46,208 nt of DNA from a virus: the IMG/VR virus record IMGVR_UViG_3300028883_000069; one strand, written 5' to 3'. Position numbers and translations under genes: made by a program. The notes below the pieces were generated by a model, which was not told the origin of the DNA, did no database searches, and saw only the letters and a list, made by a program, of their open reading frames with translations. Of the stretch, positions 12,621 to 22,440 are shown piece by piece. The first letter of the stretch is position 1; every line of letters starts with the position of its first letter.

Positions 12621-14278
12621 ATAGAAACATAGAACCAAAAATCATTTGGAAGCAAAACCTCTCAGGAGGTATAAATCAATCGGTTGATAATCAATTGGTT
12701 GAAAACAACGAGTCACCCTTGCTTAAAAATATTATACTCGATAAGAGAGGTAATTGGGCTTCAAGAAAAGGTACAGACAAGTTAGGCAATACCACAGCAG
12801 GCAGTGACCAAGTTTATGGTTTAGGTACCTATGATGAGACCGACGGAACACACACGTTCTTTCGGGTTTGTAATAGAGACCTAGAGAAGTTTAATGGAAC
12901 AGATACTTGGAGTGCAGTTGATACAGACGAGTGGCCAGCCAGTATGAAAGTTAATATGGTTAACTTCCTAGACAGAATGTACTTGGGCAGTGAGGACGGT
13001 GGAACAGCCTTAGCCTACACTACAGGAACTACGATTACAGACGTGACCCCAGAGATAGGGGGACACTTTTTAGCAGTTAACAAGGGTAGATTGCTAGTGG
13101 GGGGTAACGATATGCTGCCAAATGTGATACTTATAAGTTATCTTGGAACTGATACATTTTATGACTCCACTGGAACGTGTGCGGCAAATGCTGATTCTGG
13201 TGGTGCTAATACTGTAACTACAACAACAGAGATATTTGAGGCTTGGTACGAAAACAATGCCTATATTTATAATACTGATACAGACGAACTACACTTTATT
13301 ACAGGGTTTACTGACGGGGACACGGTTACTACAGACGGGTCCACTTCAGCCTGGGATAATGACACGGTATATGTTTTACCTTTTTACTTTCAACTGGAAG
13401 GTGCTTGTACAGGATTAACAACATTCCAAGGGAATTCTATAGCATTTGACGAGGATAATATGTATATCTGGGACCCAGGTTCAACGTGGTCTCAAAAAAT
13501 GCCAGGGTTTGGGTGTGTTAACGAAAGGACTATTAAGAATGTAAGTGGTTATTTGATTTGGGCAGACAGAGAGGCTGTGTATTTGTACGACGGGTCGAGT
13601 AGACCAATAGATATTTCTCAAAAGATTAAAGATCCTGTAGACGGGTATGGATTGTTTGATTTAATTAATCCAGCTAATTTCAGTCAGCTTGCAGCAGGTG
13701 CGTTTGACGGAAAATACTATTTGTCGGTGGGGGATTTAAGTACCCAAACAGGTGCACCAGCAAGTGCTATAACTAATGCAGAATTTGTGTTTGATGTTGA
13801 GGCTAACTCCTGGACACTAAACTCAAGAGATGATGAGCCTGTAGTATATTCTACTTTTATAAACAGTTCAGGGAGTAAGGATTTGTATTATGGAGAAGAA
13901 ACCAACCTAGCAGTGTATAAAATGAATACAGGCACTACTGACGACGACAGTGATGGAGATGCTGGTGCGTTTACCGTTGAGGCTAGAACGCCACACTACA
14001 CTTTTGCAGACCCGACAGTACAATATAGAATATCAGCCTTTTATGTGAAGTATAAATCAGGGGGAAATATTACAGTGACCTATAGTGCAGATGGAGGAAG
14101 TTATGCTTCTTTAGACACACTATCTAGCAGTTCTACTACGACGGTAGAAAAGATTTTACCTGTGACTGAATGCCATGGGTTTACACATTCTTTGAAGTTT
14201 GTATGTTCAAGTACAATGGAAATTGAGGCTGTAGGGTTTATGGCTTCTCCGATAAGTTTTGGTAGCGTAGCAACATAA
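12617..14278 (+). CDS. virion structural protein candidate (553 aa; tail/nozzle-like?)
   Basis: Large ORF in the tail module. No motif was recognised by eye. Confidence 0.7.
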   Translation: MNRNIEPKIIWKQNLSGGINQSVDNQLVENNESPLLKNIILDKRGNWASRKGTDKLGNTTAGSDQVYGLGTYDETDGTHTFFRVCNRDLEKFNGTDTWSAVDTDEWPASMKVNMVNFLDRMYLGSEDGGTALAYTTGTTITDVTPEIGGHFLAVNKGRLLVGGNDMLPNVILISYLGTDTFYDSTGTCAANADSGGANTVTTTTEIFEAWYENNAYIYNTDTDELHFITGFTDGDTVTTDGSTSAWDNDTVYVLPFYFQLEGACTGLTTFQGNSIAFDEDNMYIWDPGSTWSQKMPGFGCVNERTIKNVSGYLIWADREAVYLYDGSSRPIDISQKIKDPVDGYGLFDLINPANFSQLAAGAFDGKYYLSVGDLSTQTGAPASAITNAEFVFDVEANSWTLNSRDDEPVVYSTFINSSGSKDLYYGEETNLAVYKMNTGTTDDDSDGDAGAFTVEARTPHYTFADPTVQYRISAFYVKYKSGGNITVTYSADGGSYASLDTLSSSSTTTVEKILPVTECHGFTHSLKFVCSSTMEIEAVGFMASPISFGSVAT

Positions 14279-14535
14279 TGGAAATCAGTATAGACACACA
14301 GACAATTAGTGAAGCAGGGTTTGACACCTATTTGACTAGGGCGGTGTTTGGTGAGGTGTCGGCAAGTATTAATTTAGCTACTCGTTATACTGATGCTAGT
14401 AACTTAGTTGGTGGGATTATAGGGAGTGAGGGAGTTATTTATCTAGGGAGTAAGCAGATTAAGTTAGACGGAAAAAATAAAAGAATAGTTATTAGTGACG
14501 GTGTAAACGATAGAGTTCTCATAGGAGGCTTCTAA
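14278..14535 (+). CDS. hypothetical protein (85 aa)
   Basis: TAATG overlaps on both sides. Confidence 0.6.
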   Translation: MEISIDTQTISEAGFDTYLTRAVFGEVSASINLATRYTDASNLVGGIIGSEGVIYLGSKQIKLDGKNKRIVISDGVNDRVLIGGF

Positions 14536-15278
14536 TGAGTGCAGGACTTAAGGTTAGTAGAAAAGGCTTTGATGTAAATAAGGCCAGTGATAAGCAGTTG
14601 GCCTTTAGCAGTGAGTGGCCACTATTGCCAATTGAGGCAGAGGGAACCAAGGCTGTTGTTAAAAACACTTCTTACGATGAAACTTTATATACCCATGGTT
14701 TAGGTTATGTTCCAGTATTTATGTATTGGTTTGAGGTTAGTAGCAAGTTATATCCTATAAGCGACTTTATATATTTTAATATTTGGGCAGATGATACGGA
14801 GTTATATTTAGACGATACTCCATTAACAAGTTCTGGAACCATACACTGGAAGGTGTTTAGGAGAGATATGTTGACAGAGTATGATTCAGGTAATTTACAA
14901 TCAACAGATGCTACAGAAACTGACAGTGCAGACATAGGGTTGTTAGTTAGTAATCCAGGTAGTGACGTGTGGTCTAGTGACTTAAGGGATTTTTCTGTGC
15001 GAAGTGATATGCGACAATTAATGATACATAAGACTGGGTATTTTGACGACAGTACAAACGGTGCAGAAATTACGCATAACTTGGGATATAATCCTATGTA
15101 TTGGTTTTATGTCGCCAATACTGACAGAAATGGTGCAGGGGAGTATTCTCTAGCATATCAAGCAGACGATTTTGTGGTATCAGCTTCAGACACGACCTTG
15201 ACATACACTTATTTTGGCTTTCCTTTTTTTTATACAGCCTATTTAATTTTTAAAGACCCCGTAAACGAGGTAGGATAA
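14535..15278 (+). CDS. structural protein with two copies of a TH.LGY.P-containing domain
   Basis: THGLGYVP (14691..14714) and THNLGYNP (15072..15095) each lie in a half of about 120 aa. Confidence 0.7.
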   Translation: MSAGLKVSRKGFDVNKASDKQLAFSSEWPLLPIEAEGTKAVVKNTSYDETLYTHGLGYVPVFMYWFEVSSKLYPISDFIYFNIWADDTELYLDDTPLTSSGTIHWKVFRRDMLTEYDSGNLQSTDATETDSADIGLLVSNPGSDVWSSDLRDFSVRSDMRQLMIHKTGYFDDSTNGAEITHNLGYNPMYWFYVANTDRNGAGEYSLAYQADDFVVSASDTTLTYTYFGFPFFYTAYLIFKDPVNEVG

Positions 15279-15718
15279 TGGGAGTAGTAAGTACATCAGA
15301 CGACAAATTATTTATAAGTAGTCTACCTGGATACAGTGCCATTACAGACGACCAGGAAGATATGGCTGTCCACAGTGGGTTTGAATACCCTAAAATGGAT
15401 GAAGATTTGGTTGGAACAATAGAATACACAGTGCCAGCTTATACGAGTGACCAAGATTACACGATTACTACAGTTACACACAATTACGGGTATATGCCAC
15501 TTTGCCAATGCTTTGTTGAAGATTTGGACGGAATGATGCCTACTGAATTTGCAATTCTACCCCTTTATGATGGTTTTACAGCATCTAGGTTTATTTGTTA
15601 CACAACTACAACTCAGTTTGTTTTAATTTACAAGGCAATTACTGCTGCCCCACTTGCTAGTCCACAGTGGGACGGTAGTGATTGGTTGTTCAAATACCAG
15701 ATCTGGGCGAATGACTAG
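15278..15718 (+). CDS. structural protein with a third copy of the TH.(L/Y)GY.P domain
   Basis: THNYGYMP at 15476..15499. TAATG overlap with the upstream paralogous gene. Confidence 0.7.
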   Translation: MGVVSTSDDKLFISSLPGYSAITDDQEDMAVHSGFEYPKMDEDLVGTIEYTVPAYTSDQDYTITTVTHNYGYMPLCQCFVEDLDGMMPTEFAILPLYDGFTASRFICYTTTTQFVLIYKAITAAPLASPQWDGSDWLFKYQIWAND

Positions 15719-15743
15719 ACTTTATATAATTTATAATATAATA

Positions 15744-15751
15744 TGTAAAAT
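15744..15751 (+). promoter_or_regulatory. TGTAAAAT box within ATGTAAAATATA (candidate late promoter)
   Basis: AT-rich 76-bp gap upstream of ATG 15795. The 12-mer is identical to the one at 11652. Confidence 0.3.
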
Positions 15752-15794
15752 ATAAGTAGCAGTAGTATGACTCGGTAAATTTACATAATAAAAT

Positions 15795-16520
15795 ATGGCA
15801 TACGACACATATACTGTTAAACGCGGCGACAGTCTTTCTAAAATAGCAAAACAGTTAGGACTTGGCAGTTGGAGAGAACTTTATGAACTCAACAAATCTG
15901 TTATAGGTTCTAACCCTAGTTTAATATACTCTGGACAGACATACAATATCCCTGGCACAAATGTACCTGCTCCTACACAAACACCACCTCCTGCCCCAGT
16001 ACAAACACCAGCACCAGCACAAGAAACCCTTTCCAGGCAATATACAAACCCATTTACAGGTCAATTAGAAAGAGCTGCTGAACTTCCTCAATTTGAGAAT
16101 CTTACAGGTGGTTCTTTTAAGAATGTCTGGGGAGATACTTTTGCACAACCGACGTCTGAACTAGCAGTACAGCAGATTCGCCCAGAGTATGAAAGAATGT
16201 ATGAAAGGAACGCTTATGATTACCTAAACAATTTATACGGCCAAGGTGGACAAAGAATGGGCACTGGACCAGGGGGAGGTATAGGTAATGTTAGAGCAAC
16301 GTCTAATAGGGCGTACAGTGATATGTATAACGACTGGATGGAACAGCAATATCAGAATCTTTATCAAAATTGGTATGAAAGAGCAAGGCAGTCTTGGAAT
16401 GAGGGTAGAACGCAGGCCAATTTTGAAAGTGATGCTGACTTATATAAGATTCCGACATTAATGGAGTATGGGGACAAATATTTAAATGACTATTCTCCAG
16501 AAAGTGTATCGTTGTTTTAA
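15795..16520 (+). CDS. LysM domain protein with Pro/Thr-rich linker (peptidoglycan-binding virion/ejection protein candidate)
   Basis: N-terminal LysM motif YTVKRGDSLSKIAKQLG...LYELN...IYSGQTYNIPG, followed by PAPTQTPPPAPVQTPAPAQ. Confidence 0.8.
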   Translation: MAYDTYTVKRGDSLSKIAKQLGLGSWRELYELNKSVIGSNPSLIYSGQTYNIPGTNVPAPTQTPPPAPVQTPAPAQETLSRQYTNPFTGQLERAAELPQFENLTGGSFKNVWGDTFAQPTSELAVQQIRPEYERMYERNAYDYLNNLYGQGGQRMGTGPGGGIGNVRATSNRAYSDMYNDWMEQQYQNLYQNWYERARQSWNEGRTQANFESDADLYKIPTLMEYGDKYLNDYSPESVSLF

Positions 16521-16537
16521 TTTATGAAAATAGACAA

Positions 16538-17368
16538 ATGGCAGATTTAGCAACAATGGAACAGGGTATAGAACAGAGGAAGTCTGGCTTGGGTTCGATT
16601 GAAAACCAATTAAGTCAGTACAATACAGAGTTACCCTCCCAAATGGAAACAGAGCTTCAAAGAGCAGCTTCACCACTAATAAAAGAGGCCCTAGGAGTAA
16701 AGACAAACTTAATGAGCAACTACCTTGGGGATATAATGGGTGCCACTAATCTTGGTGCAGGTATGCAAGGAACTACGGCCTATGACTTGAGTCCTTCTCA
16801 AAGAATGAAGCAGATAGGTAGAGAAATGGGACATTTTACTGGAGAATTAGAAGGAGCTCAGCAGTATGCAGACTATCTTGGTGCACAAATGAATGATATG
16901 TATGGAAAGGCATTACAAGCAGCTCAAATGGGACAACAGAACTTGGCCGACCGATATTCAAGGGGTTATAGTATGTTACAACTAGAAATGCAGCAATTAG
17001 AAAGCGAAAAGGATAGGCAGCAGCAAGCACGTCTTGCAGCACAGGCTGCAGCACAGCAACAGGCCTATAATGAAATGCTACAAAGACAATATGAACAAGA
17101 ACAGGCAAGAGCATTAGAGGTACAAAAGAAGGCCGATATAGACAACTGGTATACAAAGGTTGATACAATTAGATCCAACAGAGGGACTTATGGCAACTCG
17201 TTAGATTCTTATCAGGCAGCACTACTTAAGGAAGCAGCTGATTTAGGTCTTCCATACGGAAGTGAAGAATTATGGGAAATGTTAGGAAATACACCACGTA
17301 AATTTACCGACACATCAGGTTTCTATTCAGGTGGTGGTGGTGGTGGTAGCTATGGATATAGCTGGTAA
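16538..17368 (+). CDS. Gln-rich coiled-coil protein with poly-Gly tail (internal virion protein candidate)
   Basis: RLAAQAAAQQQAYNEMLQRQYEQEQARA... and a C-terminal SGGGGGGSYGYSW. Confidence 0.65.
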   Translation: MADLATMEQGIEQRKSGLGSIENQLSQYNTELPSQMETELQRAASPLIKEALGVKTNLMSNYLGDIMGATNLGAGMQGTTAYDLSPSQRMKQIGREMGHFTGELEGAQQYADYLGAQMNDMYGKALQAAQMGQQNLADRYSRGYSMLQLEMQQLESEKDRQQQARLAAQAAAQQQAYNEMLQRQYEQEQARALEVQKKADIDNWYTKVDTIRSNRGTYGNSLDSYQAALLKEAADLGLPYGSEELWEMLGNTPRKFTDTSGFYSGGGGGGSYGYSW

Positions 17369-17388
17369 ATTAATTAATAAAAACAATA

Positions 17389-19674
17389 ATGGCTAGGAAA
17401 ATGTCAACAGCAAATTGGGCAACTAGAGGAACAAATAGTTCTGCAAAACTTTTGCAAGGTCTAGGAATTCTTGGAGGTATGGCAAATTACATATCAAAAC
17501 CAGGAAGGGATTTAGCCGAAATGGTAAAACAAACTGGATTAGGACTTGGTGTTAAAAGAGTCGAGGCCCCAAAATTTAGCAACCAACAGTTAGCTACAAT
17601 GGGGGGTTCAAAGAATTTTATGAAAAATCCTGAAGTCCAAAGATTTCAAAACCAATTAGGACAGTCTCGGGCGAGTTACAGTAAACTTAGAAAAGAGGTT
17701 GAAAACCCAACATTTATATCTCCAGAAGAACAAGGAACAACGAAACTTAGTGAAATTGCTATTGGGGAGGGTTCTGGTGGAAAGAGTAAATTGTATGACT
17801 ACTCTACAGCGATAAAAGATGCAGCAATCGTTGCTTCAATGTTACCAGCAGCTGCACCAACTTCGTTTATGGGCGCTGTTGGTATGGGTGCATTTCAAGG
17901 AGGGTTAGGAGGTCTTGGTGCAACAAAGGGGAGTCTTGGAACAATGGAAGGTCAAGGGGAAGCGTTAGGAAATGTCGGTGGTGGAGCTTTAGTTGGTGGT
18001 GCGATAAGTGGTGGTCTTTATGCAGGCTCTAAAGCTTTCCAAGGAATTAAGAATTCTCTTCAAAATAGGGGTGCTAAGAATCTTGAGGTAAGTCAAGCTG
18101 CTGATGATGCATATAGTAGCTTAAACAAACAACAGAAAAATGGTATAGCAAAACAGGTGAGGAATAGTGGGCTTTGGGAAAAAGGGAAGACAACAGATTG
18201 GAATGTAAAAAGGTTTTTAGAATTTAGGGAATTAACTGGGCTAAAGAATGGTAGTCCTCAACAAGTTATTGACGCTATGGGTGAGAGCTTAGATAATTTT
18301 TATGCAGCAAAAGGTCAGGTATTACAGTCTCTCAACACTACGCCAGATGACATATTGTCAATAAAGGAGCTTGCAAAAAACAATCTTAAAAATCAACCAA
18401 GAGGGTCGGCATTAATTAGCGATGAAAATTTCCAGATCCTTATGAACGATTTAGACAACCTTCCTTCGCAAGTACCAGGCGATACGAATCTTACAATGGT
18501 TTTAGACGATTATAGAGGAGGCTTGAGAAATAATGTTAGATATAATGTAAAAGCTGGTACAACAACTATGCTGCCATCAGACCAGAGGGTTATTTCTCAT
18601 GCCGTTGCAGATGCTATTGCAGAACAGCTAGGTTCTAAGGGTGTTCAGGGAAGCGTTTATTCAAATGCAAACGAGGGAATACACAGCCTATTAACTATGA
18701 CGGGTTCTAAAGAGTTAGCTAATGCTTCACAAAGGTATGCGAAAGGATTAAGGGCATATGGCCTACAATTGTCTGGAGATTTGTTACCAGTTAATAAAGT
18801 TACTGGAGGAATAGAAAGAGGGCTTGGGGGTACTCAAGAGGCTATAGGGAACGCTTTAGCAGGAACTTCCTCTGGAGCCCTGTCTGGGACACTTGGAAAA
18901 GTTGGTTCTGGACTATCTAAGGCACTAGGTGGTGCCTCTGGTACTATAGGAAATGTTTTACAAGGAGCTGGAAGGGTCCCAATGGGTATTCCAGGTGCAG
19001 CTAGTGCCAACTTACTAGGAGGTGCCGAGCAAGAAACTCAATCTAGCGAGCCTACAGATTCTGGACTCTATATAGACCCACAAACTGGATACTTACAAAT
19101 GAAAGGTGCAACCCCTATAGCAGGAGGTGCAATGGGTTCCCAAGGTGGAATGTCCGTTATAGAAGCTATTTCAAAAGCTGCTTCTATTATGCCAAATGCT
19201 AGTGAGTCTGAGTTGATGGCTTTTGCTAAGATGCTTATGGAAGAGGGTGGTGGGGAAGGTGTAGATACTTCTAATTTAGGTGTCGCACAAGCCAAATACT
19301 ATACGGTTGCAGATAGCGCCGACGAGGCAATACAGCTAGTCACTCAATTATCTAGTATCCCTGGACAGGCACAACCTGGGTTAGGTAGAGGTTTAGCAAG
19401 TTTTGTTGGAGAGAAGACAAATCTTGGTGATCCAGGAATACAGGCTCTTAGAGCTAAACTTTCTGGAATAGACTTACAGGTGTCAAATCTTATTGCAGGT
19501 ACTAACATCTCTAAGTCTGAGTCGAGAAGATTAAAGAAGCTTGTTCCAACAATGGATGACGACCTCCAAGATATGATTATAAAGTTAAATGAACTTAAAT
19601 CAATTGGTATAAAAGGTGCTGGCATTGGAGGTTCAAACTCTATAGCAGACGAATATAATTACATGAACTACTAA
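17389..19674 (+). CDS. large Gly-rich internal virion/ejection protein candidate (761 aa)
   Basis: Long ORF with G/A/S-rich low-complexity segments. It is not heptad-rich like a tape measure. It lies between the LysM protein and the lysis genes. Confidence 0.7.
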   Translation: MARKMSTANWATRGTNSSAKLLQGLGILGGMANYISKPGRDLAEMVKQTGLGLGVKRVEAPKFSNQQLATMGGSKNFMKNPEVQRFQNQLGQSRASYSKLRKEVENPTFISPEEQGTTKLSEIAIGEGSGGKSKLYDYSTAIKDAAIVASMLPAAAPTSFMGAVGMGAFQGGLGGLGATKGSLGTMEGQGEALGNVGGGALVGGAISGGLYAGSKAFQGIKNSLQNRGAKNLEVSQAADDAYSSLNKQQKNGIAKQVRNSGLWEKGKTTDWNVKRFLEFRELTGLKNGSPQQVIDAMGESLDNFYAAKGQVLQSLNTTPDDILSIKELAKNNLKNQPRGSALISDENFQILMNDLDNLPSQVPGDTNLTMVLDDYRGGLRNNVRYNVKAGTTTMLPSDQRVISHAVADAIAEQLGSKGVQGSVYSNANEGIHSLLTMTGSKELANASQRYAKGLRAYGLQLSGDLLPVNKVTGGIERGLGGTQEAIGNALAGTSSGALSGTLGKVGSGLSKALGGASGTIGNVLQGAGRVPMGIPGAASANLLGGAEQETQSSEPTDSGLYIDPQTGYLQMKGATPIAGGAMGSQGGMSVIEAISKAASIMPNASESELMAFAKMLMEEGGGEGVDTSNLGVAQAKYYTVADSADEAIQLVTQLSSIPGQAQPGLGRGLASFVGEKTNLGDPGIQALRAKLSGIDLQVSNLIAGTNISKSESRRLKKLVPTMDDDLQDMIIKLNELKSIGIKGAGIGGSNSIADEYNYMNY

Positions 19675-19675
19675 A

Positions 19676-20116
19676 ATGAAAGAAATAACAGAAAAAAGAG
19701 TACGTGCAATAGCAAAGGAAGAGAGTGAAAAAGCCTGTGCGCAGCGTATGAAAGAAATAGAGACTCAATTAATGGCAAACAGTAAAACTTTAGCTAAGAT
19801 TGAAAGGTTGCTACTGGGGGAATTTGGTGATTCAGGCGAAGCACTAAAGGCTAAGGCTACCTTTGCTTACCAGTATGCCAAACATAATACGGACTTAAAA
19901 ATTGTTGACAGAGCCTTACCTGCCCTAATTTGGTTTGAAGATATGAGCAGAAAAGAGCCAGGGTGTGAAGAAAGTAAATTAGACACTCTTGGTAGAATCA
20001 TAAGTGCATACACAAGTTTAAAGTGGATTTTGAGACTAATTGGGTTTACGTCGATACTTAATTTAGTTCTTTCTATAGAACCTATAGTTGAATTAATTAG
20101 AAGTTTATTCCAATGA
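19676..20116 (+). CDS. hypothetical protein with hydrophobic C-terminus (146 aa)
   Basis: Starts 2 nt after the upstream stop. The C-terminal WILRLIGFTSILNLVLSI is hydrophobic. Confidence 0.6.
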   Translation: MKEITEKRVRAIAKEESEKACAQRMKEIETQLMANSKTLAKIERLLLGEFGDSGEALKAKATFAYQYAKHNTDLKIVDRALPALIWFEDMSRKEPGCEESKLDTLGRIISAYTSLKWILRLIGFTSILNLVLSIEPIVELIRSLFQ

Positions 20117-20155
20117 AATTGTTATTATCATTAAATTGTTTGGTAGCAAAGTAAA

Positions 20156-20869
20156 ATGGGATTATTTAACTGGATTTTTGGAGGTAATCTAGACAAGGCT
20201 ATTACAACACTCCAACAAGAAGATATTAGAAACCAGGATAGGCGTAATCTGGGCGGTGTTCAAATAAGCCCAGTTAAAACAGACTTGGGTACAGCTTATA
20301 CGGACACTCAGCTCAATGATTATGTAACACAAATGCAAAATGAGTGGAAGAAACAAAATGCTCCACAGGTTTTAGGAGAAGAGATTGCTCCCCAATACCA
20401 ACCTCCAACAGACTTAGCCCCAGAGCCAGCTTATGAGATACAGTATCCCGAAATGATGGAGTATATAATTAACGGGTATCCAGGAAGCAGGGTAACAGAA
20501 GAATACTATAAGGCCATGGAACAAGCATTAGATGAAAAGACCTTGGCAAATGTTTTAGCTATGTCCATTGCAGAAACGGGAGCAGGTAGAGATGCTTCAA
20601 ATTTTCAAGGGGATGGGGGTCTTAAGAATAGTAATTTCTGGGGATACTTTAAAGGAGGAGATAGGACTTACGACCCAGATACGGGAGTTATGATAGAGGA
20701 CCTTCAACACGCCTTTGGCCCAGGTGGAGCCTATGAAGAAATTACCCCTCAAACATTAGCATATTATGTTCACGGTAAGGCCTATGACCAGTTAAGTCCA
20801 CAACAAAAGGAAAGCGTAGATGCAGAATACGGAAGATACCTTTGGGGAATGGCACAACTTGGATATTAA
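20156..20869 (+). CDS. hypothetical protein (237 aa)
   Basis: ORF in the operon. The function was not recognisable by eye. Confidence 0.6.
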   Translation: MGLFNWIFGGNLDKAITTLQQEDIRNQDRRNLGGVQISPVKTDLGTAYTDTQLNDYVTQMQNEWKKQNAPQVLGEEIAPQYQPPTDLAPEPAYEIQYPEMMEYIINGYPGSRVTEEYYKAMEQALDEKTLANVLAMSIAETGAGRDASNFQGDGGLKNSNFWGYFKGGDRTYDPDTGVMIEDLQHAFGPGGAYEEITPQTLAYYVHGKAYDQLSPQQKESVDAEYGRYLWGMAQLGY

Positions 20870-20912
20870 TATAGGGTATTAAGGTTATATAACTTATATG
20901 TTACTATGACTT

Positions 20913-21971
20913 ATGGCCAAATTCAGTAACCCTCTAGGGGGTAACAGAGAAGTTTTTATCTCCCAAACCCTTCACGGTAGTGCCAATACGGCTATTGATA
21001 TAGGGTCAGTTACAGCAGGTAAAGCAGTTTATGCCATAGCCGACGGAAAAGTCCTCGGTGCAAGCTCAAGTTCAGGAAGTTATTGCTACCAGTCAGTAGA
21101 AGGTTCAGACATTCAAGTTTGGTATGTACATACCTATAACTGGCTCAAAAAGGGCACTCTTGTTAAAAAGGGTCAGAAAATATGTGAAATAGCCCCTAAA
21201 AGCCAAAACGGTGGCTTTGCAATTCATTTACATCTTGGCCTTACTCCTAAAGGTACTAATATCATGGAATACTTCGATAGAACTATACCCTTTAGAACTA
21301 AGTACGCAGATATAAAAGCTAGCTGGTTTAAGTCCGATGGAACACTCAATTGGAGTAAGTTTAAAGATCTAAGTTATTCTAACGACGATATGAGCAATAT
21401 TACTATAGGCAAATACTACGAGTTTAATAATACAAGTAAACTAAACATTCGAAACGCCCCCAACGGAGAAGTCATTGACCAATTAAAAGAAAACAAAAAG
21501 TGTGTTGGCCGAGCCCTAACAGAAGGGGTCAGTAAAGACGGACATGTTTGGAATATGTACGCTGGAATCGGATGGGGAGGATACATTGCCCAAGGCTGGA
21601 ATACACAAACTTCCAGAGACCTAACCGATATTGACGGAGAACAAAATGGGTGTGACGAATTAAAAGACCAAGTCTCTAATTTACAATCTAAGGTGGGTGA
21701 CCTTGAGAGTGAACTAACTGAACACCAGGAGGAGAACGACACCCTTAGAAACGCTCTAGGGGACTCAGAGGACCAAATAGAGAACCTCCAGGCAGAATTG
21801 GAAGAGTTAAATATTACATGGGACAAAAAGTACAATCAATTGCGAACGGAGAATTTACGACTTAGCAGAGAAAAGGGTGAGTGCCAGAAAGAATTAGACG
21901 CTTTAAAGAATAGTAGATTCATTTGGATTGTTGAGTGGTTAAATAAAATTATTCCTAAAAAAGATGTTTAA
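20913..21971 (+). CDS. endolysin/peptidoglycan hydrolase candidate: M23 (LytM)-like peptidase + SH3 + coiled coil
   Basis: M23-like AIDIGS..GKAVYAIADGKV...YVHTY...GQKICEI...IHLHLGL. SH3-like LNIRNAPNGEVIDQLKENKK...DGHVWNMY. Caveat: the HxxxD histidine appears as N (NTAID). Confidence 0.7.
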   Translation: MAKFSNPLGGNREVFISQTLHGSANTAIDIGSVTAGKAVYAIADGKVLGASSSSGSYCYQSVEGSDIQVWYVHTYNWLKKGTLVKKGQKICEIAPKSQNGGFAIHLHLGLTPKGTNIMEYFDRTIPFRTKYADIKASWFKSDGTLNWSKFKDLSYSNDDMSNITIGKYYEFNNTSKLNIRNAPNGEVIDQLKENKKCVGRALTEGVSKDGHVWNMYAGIGWGGYIAQGWNTQTSRDLTDIDGEQNGCDELKDQVSNLQSKVGDLESELTEHQEENDTLRNALGDSEDQIENLQAELEELNITWDKKYNQLRTENLRLSREKGECQKELDALKNSRFIWIVEWLNKIIPKKDV

Positions 21972-22044
21972 TGTAATTTTGTTTGGGGTTATTTGTGGTG
22001 GGTTGCTAAGTCTTCTTATTACGATATTTATTTATAGAGAATAG
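21964..22044 (+). CDS. 26-aa single-pass membrane micro-ORF in the lysis cassette (MFNVILFGVICGGLLSLLITIFIYRE)
   Basis: Hand-translated. The ATG overlaps the endolysin stop by 8 nt. The peptide is almost entirely hydrophobic. It falls below the ORF-track length cut-off. Confidence 0.4.
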   Translation: MFNVILFGVICGGLLSLLITIFIYRE

Positions 22045-22071
22045 GTTTATATAAATTAATTTACAGGTTTA

Positions 22072-22428
22072 ATGGAACAATACATAGACGTGACCTCAAG
22101 CGTAGTGTTTGCTGGGTTTGTAGGTCTTATTGCACCATTTGTTTTTCCTTTTATATTTAAACTACTTGGTAAGTGGGCCAAGAGAGAGTTAAGCGACCAA
22201 GAGAAGAGGATTCTCATTGTGCTTATATCTCTTTTAGTTTCAGTAGGCATTGTAGCTGCTGACTTTAATTGGGAAGGCGAATTTGGTGAGAGAGCATGGG
22301 CATTCATAATGTACCTAGCTTTAAATTTTACAACACTAAGAGGTGTTATTCAGAGTGTGTATGAATTAATTATTAAAAACTTTCCGTCAATAGAAAAAAG
22401 GATTGCTAAAATAGAGAATATAAAATAA
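22072..22428 (+). CDS. holin candidate (118 aa, about three hydrophobic helices)
   Basis: Hydrophobic segments VVFAGFVGLIAPFVFPFIF, ILIVLISLLVSVGIVAA and AWAFIMYLALNF, with a charged C-terminus. It lies next to the endolysin. Confidence 0.6.
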   Translation: MEQYIDVTSSVVFAGFVGLIAPFVFPFIFKLLGKWAKRELSDQEKRILIVLISLLVSVGIVAADFNWEGEFGERAWAFIMYLALNFTTLRGVIQSVYELIIKNFPSIEKRIAKIENIK

Positions 22429-22440
22429 GCAACCAATTAC

